This document shows, one piece after another, positions 8,826 to 16,491 of a stretch of DNA of 27,727 nucleotides. Source of the DNA: a virus (lineage: Duplodnaviria > Caudoviricetes); the IMG/VR virus record IMGVR_UViG_3300037424_001102, positions 1 to 27,727 of that record. One strand, written 5' to 3'. Each line of letters starts with the position of its first letter. Within the stretch, counting starts at the first letter, position 1. Both the position numbers and the translations under genes were made by a program. Below the pieces are notes generated by a model. The model was not told where the DNA came from. It saw only the letters and a list, made by a program, of their open reading frames with translations, and did no database searches.

Positions 8826-9551
8826 CAATCTCACGGTGGGTCACAAATTAAAGATGGTTTAGTTATCTTCAACATTCTCTATTTGGGGCACAATTTACCC
8901 GTGGTTTAGATATGTTCTTTACATCCTGGTTATGGGGAATGGCTACCATGGTTTAGAAAGTATCTAAAAACATTCTTCCAATGGTCCACAAGTGCGTGAT
9001 AATGGTTACTTCTTCAAAACAGTTCCAAATTGGGTCACAACTCAAACATGGTCTTATCTCAACACAGTGTTGGGTCACAATTTATATATGGTTTGATGCT
9101 TCCTTACAGATGCAGTGTGGGCCCCAATACCAATTTGGTTTTACCCTTTTGATTCCTTTACAAACCTGAGATGGGTCTTATTACAATTATGGTTTTACAG
9201 TCAATATCTGGATCTCATGTCATGGTTGGTTTGGAAAGTGTTTGCAATCTCTCGATTGGGACTCATACTTCATCTGGTGTGGGTATCTTTTACAGCGCTC
9301 GATCGGAACACATTCTTTGTCTGGTTTACTTCTTTTACAAACCCTGTTTGGTTTACAGTTACTTTCTGGTTTATAGGAAACTTAACAAACAGGAGATGGG
9401 TCTCATCACGATCTCGGTCTTTGGCTAGGTTAAGGCTAAGTCTAAGACAACGCTCGACACGGGACTCATTTCTTCACTGGCCTGATACTGGTTCTTGCTC
9501 TTTGCGTCCACGTGCTAGATAGTCGTCTTGTGGGTCGCATGCCTCCACTGG
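8826..9551 (-). ncRNA. TIGR-like dual-spacer guide RNA array, 15 units
   Basis: Plus-strand pattern CA-N9-TGGnnnnCA-N9-TGG repeated 15 times, e.g. CA atctcacgg TGGGTCACA aattaaaga TGG. On the minus strand this reads CCA-spacerA-TG(A/T)GACCCA-spacerB-TG. Confidence 0.85.
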
Positions 9552-9581
9552 AACTCAAAAAAACCTTGGCATGGTCACTGG

Positions 9582-9911
9582 TTAAATCTCAAACCGCTTC
9601 TTATCCCAGCCTGCCGCAGTCCCACCACATAGACGTGGTATCCTATCCTCCAGGTAGATTACCAAGGTTACGTTTTCCAGGTAATCCCATTTGATGTTTC
9701 TGACCATCTGGACAAAGTCATCGTCAATCAAATAGGAAGTTGACAGGCCCAAGACAACAGTCTCGCTGTTCTTGTTGCCGCCAAAACCGTCCTGTGCCGC
9801 AAACGCCTCCTCATGCCCCCTGGCAGTTAACCAGTTGTTCAGATCACGTGTGCGGCTTTCAATGTCCTCAGCAACGTCAAACGCAAGAACAAAGGTTGTT
9901 ACTTGACTCAT
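9582..9911 (-). CDS. hypothetical protein between the TIGR arrays
   Basis: 109 aa; RBS CAGGAGAG. Confidence 0.8.
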   Translation of the reverse strand: MSQVTTFVLAFDVAEDIESRTRDLNNWLTARGHEEAFAAQDGFGGNKNSETVVLGLSTSYLIDDDFVQMVRNIKWDYLENVTLVIYLEDRIPRLCGGTAAGWDKKRFEI

Positions 9912-9933
9912 CTATCTCTCCTGAAAGCTTTTG

Positions 9934-10099
9934 CACGTCCATGATGGGTCTCAAGTGGGAAATGGCAACATTTGGGTAAAACAATCGTGGTTAGGATCAC
10001 ATCCTTGGTCTGGTTTGGTGCTTCGGGTTCCCCATGGATCACAAAGCCAACGTGGTTCTTTTCTGAACATTACCATACTGGGGCACAGACGCCGCTTGG
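9934..10099 (-). ncRNA. TIGR-like array, 4 units
   Basis: Four units, all with 9+9 nt spacers, e.g. CA cgtccatga TGGGTCTCA agtgggaaa TGG. Confidence 0.85.
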
Positions 10100-10104
10100 T
10101 ATCT

Positions 10105-10359
10105 TTACACAAATTCCCACGGGACATCCTTAGAGGTTAAGTGATGTTTTCCTTCCTCAAATAATGTGCAAGTGTATTCAACATCACCAATCAGGAAAAC
10201 TTTCTGTGTTGTCTTGACCACAAGAAGCTCTTGGTTTCCAAGTAAAACAATGTCCCCTGATTTTGCAATGGCGTTTTCAGGCTTTACAAAGACAGATATC
10301 TTTGTTGTACTGCTTGGAATTAGTCTTTGTACCGGGGGATTCTCAATCATTTGTGCCAC
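10105..10359 (-). CDS. hypothetical protein
   Basis: 84 aa ORF co-oriented with the operon; start uncertain. Confidence 0.55.
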   Translation of the reverse strand: MAQMIENPPVQRLIPSSTTKISVFVKPENAIAKSGDIVLLGNQELLVVKTTQKVFLIGDVEYTCTLFEEGKHHLTSKDVPWEFV

Positions 10360-10422
10360 CCATAACGCCCTGATAAGGAACCATGTCGTTGTCGTTTGGT
10401 TGTGCGTTCGATTTGGCTGGGC

Positions 10423-10557
10423 CTAATGTCTCAGTGCAGCCCTACAGCGTACATGGAAGTGATCAAAACCCTGCGACGAAAAATCATAGATTGCTGCCCA
10501 CGACGAACCAACCTCATCTTCCTTGAAGTGTTTTCCGCAGTTGGAGCATTTATCCAT
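10423..10557 (-). CDS. small Cys/His (Zn-finger-like) protein (44 aa, not in the ORF track)
   Basis: Hand translation MDKCSNCGKHFKEDEVGSSWAAIYDFSSQGFDHFHVRCRAALRH; CxxC...HxxC. Confidence 0.55.
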   Translation of the reverse strand: MDKCSNCGKHFKEDEVGSSWAAIYDFSSQGFDHFHVRCRAALRH

Positions 10558-10568
10558 TTTTATAACCC

Positions 10569-10751
10569 CTACCAAACAGGAACGCTTGAGTCCCATTCAT
10601 CTGACAACTTCTTTGCATTCTTTTTTCTTTTGTTGTTCTCTACATATTCCATAAGGGCATTTCCAATGATGCTGGCCTCTTCAATTGACAGCAAGACTAT
10701 TACGTCTTTGGTCGGCACATCCTTACCATTAAAAAGTTGTCCGCTTTTCAT
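10569..10751 (-). CDS. hypothetical protein
   Basis: 60 aa; ATGA overlap with the upstream gene. Confidence 0.7.
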   Translation of the reverse strand: MKSGQLFNGKDVPTKDVIVLLSIEEASIIGNALMEYVENNKRKKNAKKLSDEWDSSVPVW

Positions 10752-10978
10752 CTTAGCTTCCTTTGTGTGACAGTTAACCCAGAATCCTTATCCATCCTCA
10801 CCTTTACTGCATACTGATTGCCAATCAGAAAAACAACTTCATTATCTCTCATCTGGATAATTGGTGCCGGGACTTCAGAAAGTGGAATTTCTTGTTGGAC
10901 TACAGAAAGTGGAATTTCTTGTTTGGTGTAGTTTGACACCAGTTTTCCAGAAACACTATCTTCAGGTTTGGTGGCCAT
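10748..10978 (-). CDS. hypothetical protein with a short internal duplication (QEIPLS x2)
   Basis: 76 aa; CAAGAAATTCCACTTTCTG occurs twice. Confidence 0.65.
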   Translation of the reverse strand: MATKPEDSVSGKLVSNYTKQEIPLSVVQQEIPLSEVPAPIIQMRDNEVVFLIGNQYAVKVRMDKDSGLTVTQRKLR

Positions 10979-11001
10979 GTTGTTTTACATCCCATATGAA
11001 G

Positions 11002-11033
11002 CAAGCGCCTAGTGGGTAACAGGTTATTCCTGG
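11002..11033 (-). ncRNA. solitary TIGR-like unit
   Basis: CA agcgcctag TGGGTAACA ggttattcc TGG (9+9). Confidence 0.7.
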
Positions 11034-11074
11034 CAAACACAGACTAAAAGTTGGCTTCAGGATAATATTAACTT

Positions 11075-11263
11075 TTAGTTTTCTGTTTTGAGTTTGACTT
11101 CCTCAAAAAGGTTGTCCCTTAGAAGTGTTGCCGCACGCTTCAGATTGGAGTACTCTTTAATCATTATGCCACAGTTTTCTCCTGGAAGGATGTCATGAAT
11201 GATGTCACAGATGGTCCTTAGCTTCTGGAGATTGGTTGCCTTGATATATTCTAATTCATTCAT
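11075..11263 (-). CDS. hypothetical protein
   Basis: 62 aa; RBS ACAGGAG. Confidence 0.75.
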   Translation of the reverse strand: MNELEYIKATNLQKLRTICDIIHDILPGENCGIMIKEYSNLKRAATLLRDNLFEEVKLKTEN

Positions 11264-11278
11264 TTGTCATTCTCCTGT

Positions 11279-11350
11279 CACGGCTGGTTTGGAGCTCAAT
11301 CAGGCTACTGGAAATCTAACACGTTTCTTGTGGATCACAGTCTTTGGTGG
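11279..11350 (-). ncRNA. two TIGR-like units
   Basis: CA cggctggtt TGGAGCTCA atcaggctac TGG and CA cgtttcttg TGGATCACA gtctttgg TGG. Confidence 0.7.
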
Positions 11351-11516
11351 TTACTTCTGTACATTCATCCAGTTCAAATTTCCTAATGTGACCACCAATG
11401 CCATTAAAAAGTCCAAGTTGCCACGTGGGCCTTGCCTTTCTAATAAGAAGGACTTTGTCTGGCTTCCTTCCATTAAAGGCAACGCCGGCAACGTAGCTGT
11501 TTTCCATGTCTGGCAT
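11316..11516 (-). pseudogene. truncated Nudix-hydrolase-like gene
   Basis: VLLIRKARPTWQLGLFNGIGGHI resembles a Nudix N-terminus; the REXXEE half of the Nudix box is missing and the ORF runs into a TIGR unit. Confidence 0.55.
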
Positions 11517-11531
11517 TTTGTCACCTTTGTC

Positions 11532-11766
11532 TTAGCCTGAGAAGGAGTTGATTATCCCACTTTCAAGGAGTTTGCACAGTGTGCAGCTTTCATCCAGCCA
11601 AACATCGTGGGCTGTTTTTTCAATCGGTGAGTATTTGTGGCTGTTAGATATCAACGAGTTTTCCCTGATCATAGCCCTTGCTTTATTCTCATCACCAGCA
11701 ATAACAATGTGCCCCCCATGGCATTGTTTCTGGATCAAACTTATACTTTTCAATGGCCGTGTTCAT
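11532..11766 (-). pseudogene. hypothetical gene, probably frameshifted in a G run (~11712-11717)
   Basis: Frame MNTAIEKYKFDPETMPWG overlaps frame GGHIVIAGDENKARAMIREN at the homopolymer. Confidence 0.4.
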
Positions 11767-11767
11767 A

Positions 11768-12187
11768 TCATGGATGATTATTTGACAGGCACCCATTGCA
11801 ACCCCTTGAGAGCCACCCCCCCCTGTTATATGCAGCCATGGCATAGGGGGTATATTCATCATGGTAAAGGTCCAGGGCAAATGGGCCACTGTTAAACGTT
11901 TTACCATTGTCGATGTCAGCAGCAAGGAGTGGGTATTCCTTCCTGCACGCACCTGCGTAGGCCAACACAGCGGCTTGCACGGCGAGTGTGATTGAACCAT
12001 CTTCACTTTTTTCTAAGACAAAGTAGGAACAATCACAGTGTTTTTGTCCTTCTTTGTCTCGACCATCTATGCGCGTCACCACCACATTCTTACCGTTTGA
12101 GGTAAGGCCGTTTGCATACATGTGGTCATCCGCATCCTTGAAATCAAATTTTGGGTACAGCCCACGTGTTTTGTCACCCATGACCAT
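11768..12187 (-). CDS. hypothetical phage protein
   Basis: Start moved to MVMGDK, downstream of GAAAAGAAGGA. Confidence 0.7.
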   Translation of the reverse strand: MVMGDKTRGLYPKFDFKDADDHMYANGLTSNGKNVVVTRIDGRDKEGQKHCDCSYFVLEKSEDGSITLAVQAAVLAYAGACRKEYPLLAADIDNGKTFNSGPFALDLYHDEYTPYAMAAYNRGGWLSRGCNGCLSNNHP

Positions 12188-12422
12188 TTTCCTTCTTTTC
12201 ACTTGTTGTTTTGCTATGTTGTGAGAACATTTTGCCCATGTCAGGGCAATGATACGAAAGCAGATAGCCAAGGTGGATTATATCTTTCTCGGTTGGGACC
12301 AGGTAATAATCCTCGTCGAGGTCCATCATCTTTACAGTTTTGCTTTGGCAGGCGGCAAGCATCGCCCATGTTCTTTGCCAGAACATAAACTCATCAAGTC
12401 CTTGGCGTCTGCCTCGTGTCAT
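12174..12422 (-). CDS. hypothetical protein coupled to the TasA-like gene
   Basis: 82 aa; ATGA overlap with the 12419 stop. Confidence 0.6.
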   Translation of the reverse strand: MTRGRRQGLDEFMFWQRTWAMLAACQSKTVKMMDLDEDYYLVPTEKDIIHLGYLLSYHCPDMGKMFSQHSKTTSEKKENGHG

Positions 12423-13327
12423 GCCGCCTTGTCCATGGAATTTGTGATGAATTCAGGGAGAGTGCTGGAACGACGGTCTTCAGTCCACTCTTCCCAGATC
12501 CTCTCAAGGAATTTCTTTTCCATATAGCGTTTGGCCCTACTGTGAATGTGCCCTTCGCTTCGTGCAAGCTCTCCAGTCTTTTTGGAAACCCAAATTCCGC
12601 TACCCTTTTTCGATTCTTTCATTTGGGCAGCTGGCAAAACAACCATTCCAAGGTCCTTTGCAGCCTCGATTTCGTACTTTTTGCGCCACGAATACAGGCG
12701 GTACCACATGCTGTCGGGTGCCTTACCGGCCTTTATGAGGCTGTCGCCCATTTGAAAGGCCACTGAGCGGCGGTATTGGCTGTAGCCTAGTGCCTTGCCC
12801 TTGACGGGCTTCGGGGCCTTACCATCAACGACGGCCAGCCCAAAACGCTTCCAAAGCTTGGCTGGGGTGGTGTAGTCGGCCAAATCACGCCCGGCTTCGG
12901 CAATAATCTTGGCGAGCATGGGGGCACCAAAGCCGTGTTGGGCCTCAGCCCACTTCCAGATGGGGAGTGTTTGGGCAACCTTGCCCATCTGGCGGGCGAG
13001 TTGGTCTTGCTTTTGTTTGGTGCTTTTGGAGATGATGAAAAGATCTTCAGCGGCCTGAACGAAGAGAGGGTCCTCCTGGTCAACAATCAGCCGTTGGTAG
13101 CATTCCTTGACTTTGGCTTTGTCCAGGAACTCGCGGCCAGCGTTTTCACCACTGTCATCGTCACTGTTGGCCATACCCCTATCAGGCAAAAGGTTTTCGT
13201 ACCCAGTATAAATGCGGGCGCGTGATTTTAGCATGTTTGTCAGCGTGCCAGCCTCACGGATGGCGGTGCGGTGTTGCCTGCCAAGGCCGACGATGGTGCT
13301 GATTGCTTCTTTCTGTTGTTCATTCAT
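12419..13327 (-). CDS. tasA: TasA-like Nop-domain RNA-guided DNA-binding protein (IS110/IS116-related, no nuclease domain)
   Basis: Coiled coil followed by LPIWKWAEAQHGFGAPMLAKIIAEAG...YTTPAKLWKRFGLAV...GHIHSRAKRYMEKKFL, typical of the IS110 C-terminal/Nop fold. No DEDD RuvC or HNH motif. Flanked by dual-spacer arrays. Confidence 0.8.
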   Translation of the reverse strand: MNEQQKEAISTIVGLGRQHRTAIREAGTLTNMLKSRARIYTGYENLLPDRGMANSDDDSGENAGREFLDKAKVKECYQRLIVDQEDPLFVQAAEDLFIISKSTKQKQDQLARQMGKVAQTLPIWKWAEAQHGFGAPMLAKIIAEAGRDLADYTTPAKLWKRFGLAVVDGKAPKPVKGKALGYSQYRRSVAFQMGDSLIKAGKAPDSMWYRLYSWRKKYEIEAAKDLGMVVLPAAQMKESKKGSGIWVSKKTGELARSEGHIHSRAKRYMEKKFLERIWEEWTEDRRSSTLPEFITNSMDKAA

Positions 13328-13349
13328 AGCATCTTCTCCTGTTGTGTTG

Positions 13350-13465
13350 CACGTTCTTTTTGGTTCTCAACTCACTGATGGCTCGTCGTTGCACTCTGCC
13401 ACTGGATATCAGGGGCTTAATGGCACACCCTTACAATTCGCCGCGTGGATCTCAAGACTTCATGG
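13350..13465 (-). ncRNA. TIGR-like array, 3 units, in the leader of tasA
   Basis: Minus strand: CCA tgaagtct TGAGATCCA cgcggcgaat TG ... GCCA ttaagcccc TGATATCCA gtggcagag TG ... GCCA tcagtgagt TGAGAACCA aaaagaacg TG. Confidence 0.85.
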
Positions 13466-14042
13466 GCAAACATTTGCCCTCACCACAACCCGCGCCTTGC
13501 TTGTAAGCAAGTTTATACATCCTTCTAAGTGTTTTTATGGAAATTGCCTCACCGACTGTTTTGTTCTTGTGGAAGTAAAGCCTGTCTTTTACAGCACTTT
13601 CAAATCTAAATGCCTTGAGGTTGTTGGAAATGTTGGATCGCCGCTGTTTAGTGCTACGGTCAAGGTCTTCCCACCTGCAATCGCAGAGGTATTTCCCTAC
13701 TGTAGTTACCCAAAAGAACAAGGATGTTTTATGCGCCTCTTCAAAACGCTTGCCACCGCTGGCCCTATCGGCTTTCATTTTTTTGTAATCAGCAAGTTCG
13801 GTGTCATTGTCTGATTGCTGCCCTTGGTGGACAGCCTCTCGCTCGTTGTGGCGTAGGGTGCCGAGGTATGTTTGGCACATTAAACGTAGTGTGGGTCCAT
13901 CGTCTAATATGCTGCTCCATATTTCGGGGCTGGTATGCATTGTGGCAACGATATTTGTTACGGCAACATTTTTGCCGTCTGCGGAGTATTCCCCACGGTG
14001 CTTGGAATGCACTTCACTTGCGACTTCTCTGAAGGTTTTCAT
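13452..14042 (-). CDS. hypothetical protein, candidate Tas partner
   Basis: 196 aa directly upstream of tasA, bracketed by TIGR-like units. Confidence 0.75.
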   Translation of the reverse strand: MKTFREVASEVHSKHRGEYSADGKNVAVTNIVATMHTSPEIWSSILDDGPTLRLMCQTYLGTLRHNEREAVHQGQQSDNDTELADYKKMKADRASGGKRFEEAHKTSLFFWVTTVGKYLCDCRWEDLDRSTKQRRSNISNNLKAFRFESAVKDRLYFHKNKTVGEAISIKTLRRMYKLAYKQGAGCGEGKCLPMKS

Positions 14043-14061
14043 GTTGCACTCGTGCTGGTGG

Positions 14062-14095
14062 CAGTGTTGACCTGGGACGCATCACGGGGATCAGG
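14062..14095 (-). ncRNA. degenerate solitary TIGR-like unit
   Basis: CA gtgttgacc TGGGACGCA tcacggggatc AGG (9+11). Confidence 0.45.
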
Positions 14096-14156
14096 GCCAC
14101 TTGGTCAATCATATATACGTTTTACCACTCAGGATAGATCCTTAGTTGAGCACCAT

Positions 14157-14456
14157 TTACCTTTTAAGGAGTGTTTGAATATTTTTTCTTATATAAGTGG
14201 TTAGGTCTGCATTTGTGTATGACACTGCCAGTGTACCTGCCTCTCGTTTGCAGGAAGTTATGACTTTTCTGCACCTTGTCTTCTTGTTGTCTAGCCAAGT
14301 CCGTGTTATGTGGTCATCAAAACCTTTTAGATACCTAGCTGCGGTTCTTCTTGCAGAGCCCTCTGTTTCTGCAAGAATGGCAAATGACTTTGGTAACAAT
14401 TGCCATTCATCAGTGCTCGGTGGTCTATCTAACAGTGCTAAAATGTAAACGTTCAT
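14157..14456 (-). CDS. hypothetical protein
   Basis: Start moved to MNVYILALL, overlapping the end of the NADAR gene. Confidence 0.65.
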   Translation of the reverse strand: MNVYILALLDRPPSTDEWQLLPKSFAILAETEGSARRTAARYLKGFDDHITRTWLDNKKTRCRKVITSCKREAGTLAVSYTNADLTTYIRKNIQTLLKR

Positions 14457-14934
14457 CTTTTGTCTTTTCCAGCTCTTCCAGAATGAGACCTTCCCTAACA
14501 TACATAAGAATTTTTCCAAGATTGTTGTGCTTCCTTTTTTTTTCACATTTGGGGCAGGAGCAAGCCCCCCAGAAATTGTCATGCCACCAATTCCCCTCAA
14601 TGAGAGTTTCATTTCCTGTTCCAATTAACCACTGCTTAAGATTTTCATCCTTATATTTTTTTATCTCAAGGATGGTCATTACCCTAATCCTGATTATTCC
14701 CCAATTTTTTCTAATGGTGACTTGCTGGCCAAGGTTCTTTGCTTTTTGTGGTGTGGACGTCAGTGCCACTTTTCTCCTCATCCCAGGGGAGAGAGTCTTG
14801 GCTGCTTGATAGGCGTGTTCAACAGAAGGGTATGATATCCCTTCCATTTTTACGGTGCAAGGGTAGAAATTACTAAGAAATTCAAATGAGCCCCTAAAAC
14901 TGTCAATCATTTTATCCGTCTTTTCTCTTGACAT
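14425..14934 (-). CDS. NADAR (YbiA-like) family protein
   Basis: FLSNFY, YPSVEHAYQAAK, LIGTGNETLIEGNWWHDNFWG and NNLGKILM motifs; start at 14934 or 14910. Confidence 0.9.
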   Translation of the reverse strand: MSREKTDKMIDSFRGSFEFLSNFYPCTVKMEGISYPSVEHAYQAAKTLSPGMRRKVALTSTPQKAKNLGQQVTIRKNWGIIRIRVMTILEIKKYKDENLKQWLIGTGNETLIEGNWWHDNFWGACSCPKCEKKRKHNNLGKILMYVREGLILEELEKTKDERLHFSTVR

Positions 14935-14969
14935 GTTCAGTGTTCTAACATATCTACGTAGCAAGAAGG

Positions 14970-15068
14970 TTCCTGGTGCTTTTGGTGGGGGCTTTTTAGC
15001 GTAATGCCACCAAGGGAATTTTCCCGGCACTGTGAGTGGGGGCTTTTTAGCGTAAGACCACTCTGGAA
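14970..15068 (-). repeat. two tandem ~51-nt stem-loops with a near-identical loop
   Basis: TTACGCTAAAAAGCCC enclosed by TTGGTGG/CCACCAA in one copy and GAGTGG/CCACTC in the other. Confidence 0.8.
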
Positions 15069-15208
15069 CGCAGTGGGGCCTATGAGAAGGTTTCTCATGG
15101 CCCCACTTCAATTCTTACAGTCACAGTCTTGGGTGCGGAAATGGTAGTCTTGATTTTGAAAATGTGCGCCTGCTAATCCTTACCTCACTCCATGACATAG
15201 ATATTCCA

Positions 15209-16491
15209 TTGACATCCTCCCCACGGATAAATCCGGGGGATTCCGAACCCTCGCGAGTCCGGTTGCTGCCCTGAGTCGCCTTACTGCGCGTGCTCATATC
15301 TGACAGCCGTGATTTCCGCCAGCCCGGCGGTATTGATATTGATTCCTGCGTTGATGTCGCGGTCATGGACTGCTCCACATTCCGAGCACATCCACTCCCT
15401 GACGTTCAACGCCTTCTTGCCGTCTCGATGCCCGCAGGCCGAACAAATCTGACTGCTCGGATACCACCGGCTGATTTTGACGAAAGTCCGCCCATGCCAT
15501 GCGGCTTTGTACTCAAGCTGGCGTGTGAATTCGCTCCAGCTCGCGTCTGCAATTGACTTCGCCAGGCAATGGTTTTTCTGCAATCCCGCCACATTCAAAT
15601 CCTCGACCGATACCGTTTGGTTTTCACGGATGATGCGAGTCGAAAGTTTGTGCAGAAAATCATTGCGCGTATCTGCAATTCTGGCGTGGTGCCGCGCAAC
15701 CTTCACCCTCGCCTTGTTCCGGTTCTTGCTCCCTTTCTGTTTGCGGGCGTGCCGCCGCTGTAGTTGCGCCAAGCGCACTTCGTGCTTCCGGTAAATCTTC
15801 GGTGCCTCGATCTTCTCGCCGTCGCTGGTGGCGATGAAGCTGTTCAAGCCAAGGTCGATGCCGATGGCCTTGTCGTTCACTGGCAGTAATTCCTTGTCGG
15901 CCTCGCCCTGGAACGCCACGAAGTACCGGCAGGCCGTGTCCTTGCTGATCGTGATGCTGGTGATCTTGTCCGGCAGCGAACGCGACTCGATGAAGCGCAG
16001 CGGCTCATTTGACTTGGCGATGTACAGCGCGCCGTCCTTTAACCGGAAGGCGTTCGACATGAGCCGGATCGACTGCTTGCCATGCTTCGACTTGAAGCTC
16101 GGGTATTTGGCGCGCTTGGCGAAGAAGTTGCTGAACGCCTTGTCCTGGTTGCGCAGCGCCTGCTGCAAGGCAACGTTCGACACGTCGTAGAGCCACGCGA
16201 GTTCAGGCGCTTGCTTCATCTCGGTCATGCGTGCAGCCGATTTCACGTAGCCAATCTTTGTGCCGTTGAGCGTGTATTCCTTGCTGCGCCAGTCGAGGAT
16301 TGCGTTCCAGACATACCGCGCGCTACCGAACGTCCGAGCAAGCAGCTTCGCTTGGTCATCGGTAGGGTAGGCGCGGTATTTGTGCGAGCAGTGTTCCATG
16401 AGCAAGAGATTACAAAATGCTTGGTGATTTGTCAACATTAACTTCCCGCCTTACCCCATAGCTGAAGCTAGGGGTTTGCGGCGGATATTTG
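15209..16491 (-). mobile_element. IS200/IS605-family element, tnpB only (IS1341-like)
   Basis: Left-end hairpin ~16446-16484 preceded by (C)TGAT; right-end hairpin 15216-15244 ending in TCAA; visibly higher GC than its flanks; no tnpA. Confidence 0.85.
15281..16399 (-). CDS. tnpB: RNA-guided endonuclease TnpB
   Basis: KYRAYPT HTH; RuvC motifs GIDLG, VEDL and DRDINA intact; CSAC...CSEC Zn finger. Confidence 0.95.
   Translation of the reverse strand: MEHCSHKYRAYPTDDQAKLLARTFGSARYVWNAILDWRSKEYTLNGTKIGYVKSAARMTEMKQAPELAWLYDVSNVALQQALRNQDKAFSNFFAKRAKYPSFKSKHGKQSIRLMSNAFRLKDGALYIAKSNEPLRFIESRSLPDKITSITISKDTACRYFVAFQGEADKELLPVNDKAIGIDLGLNSFIATSDGEKIEAPKIYRKHEVRLAQLQRRHARKQKGSKNRNKARVKVARHHARIADTRNDFLHKLSTRIIRENQTVSVEDLNVAGLQKNHCLAKSIADASWSEFTRQLEYKAAWHGRTFVKISRWYPSSQICSACGHRDGKKALNVREWMCSECGAVHDRDINAGININTAGLAEITAVRYEHAQ

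Noticed and set aside
8981-9522. Plus-strand ORFs over the array (W/G/H-rich)
   Set aside because: They arise from translating the repeated TGG/CA motifs, lack an RBS and oppose the operon.
8826-10099. CRISPR array interpretation of the repeats
   Set aside because: The conserved parts are 9 nt or shorter, alternate with 9-nt spacers, and no cas genes are present. The pattern fits TIGR.
13135-13175. TIGR-like unit inside tasA (GGCCA acagtgacga TGACAGTGG tgaaaacgc TG)
   Set aside because: The loop lacks CCA and could be chance; not counted.
12419-13327. IS110 transposase / active insertion sequence
   Set aside because: There is no N-terminal DEDD RuvC domain; only the Nop-like part is present, with guide arrays.
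14935-15111. N-terminal extension of NADAR in the ORF track
   Set aside because: It spans the twin stem-loop repeat; NADAR similarity begins at MIDSF.
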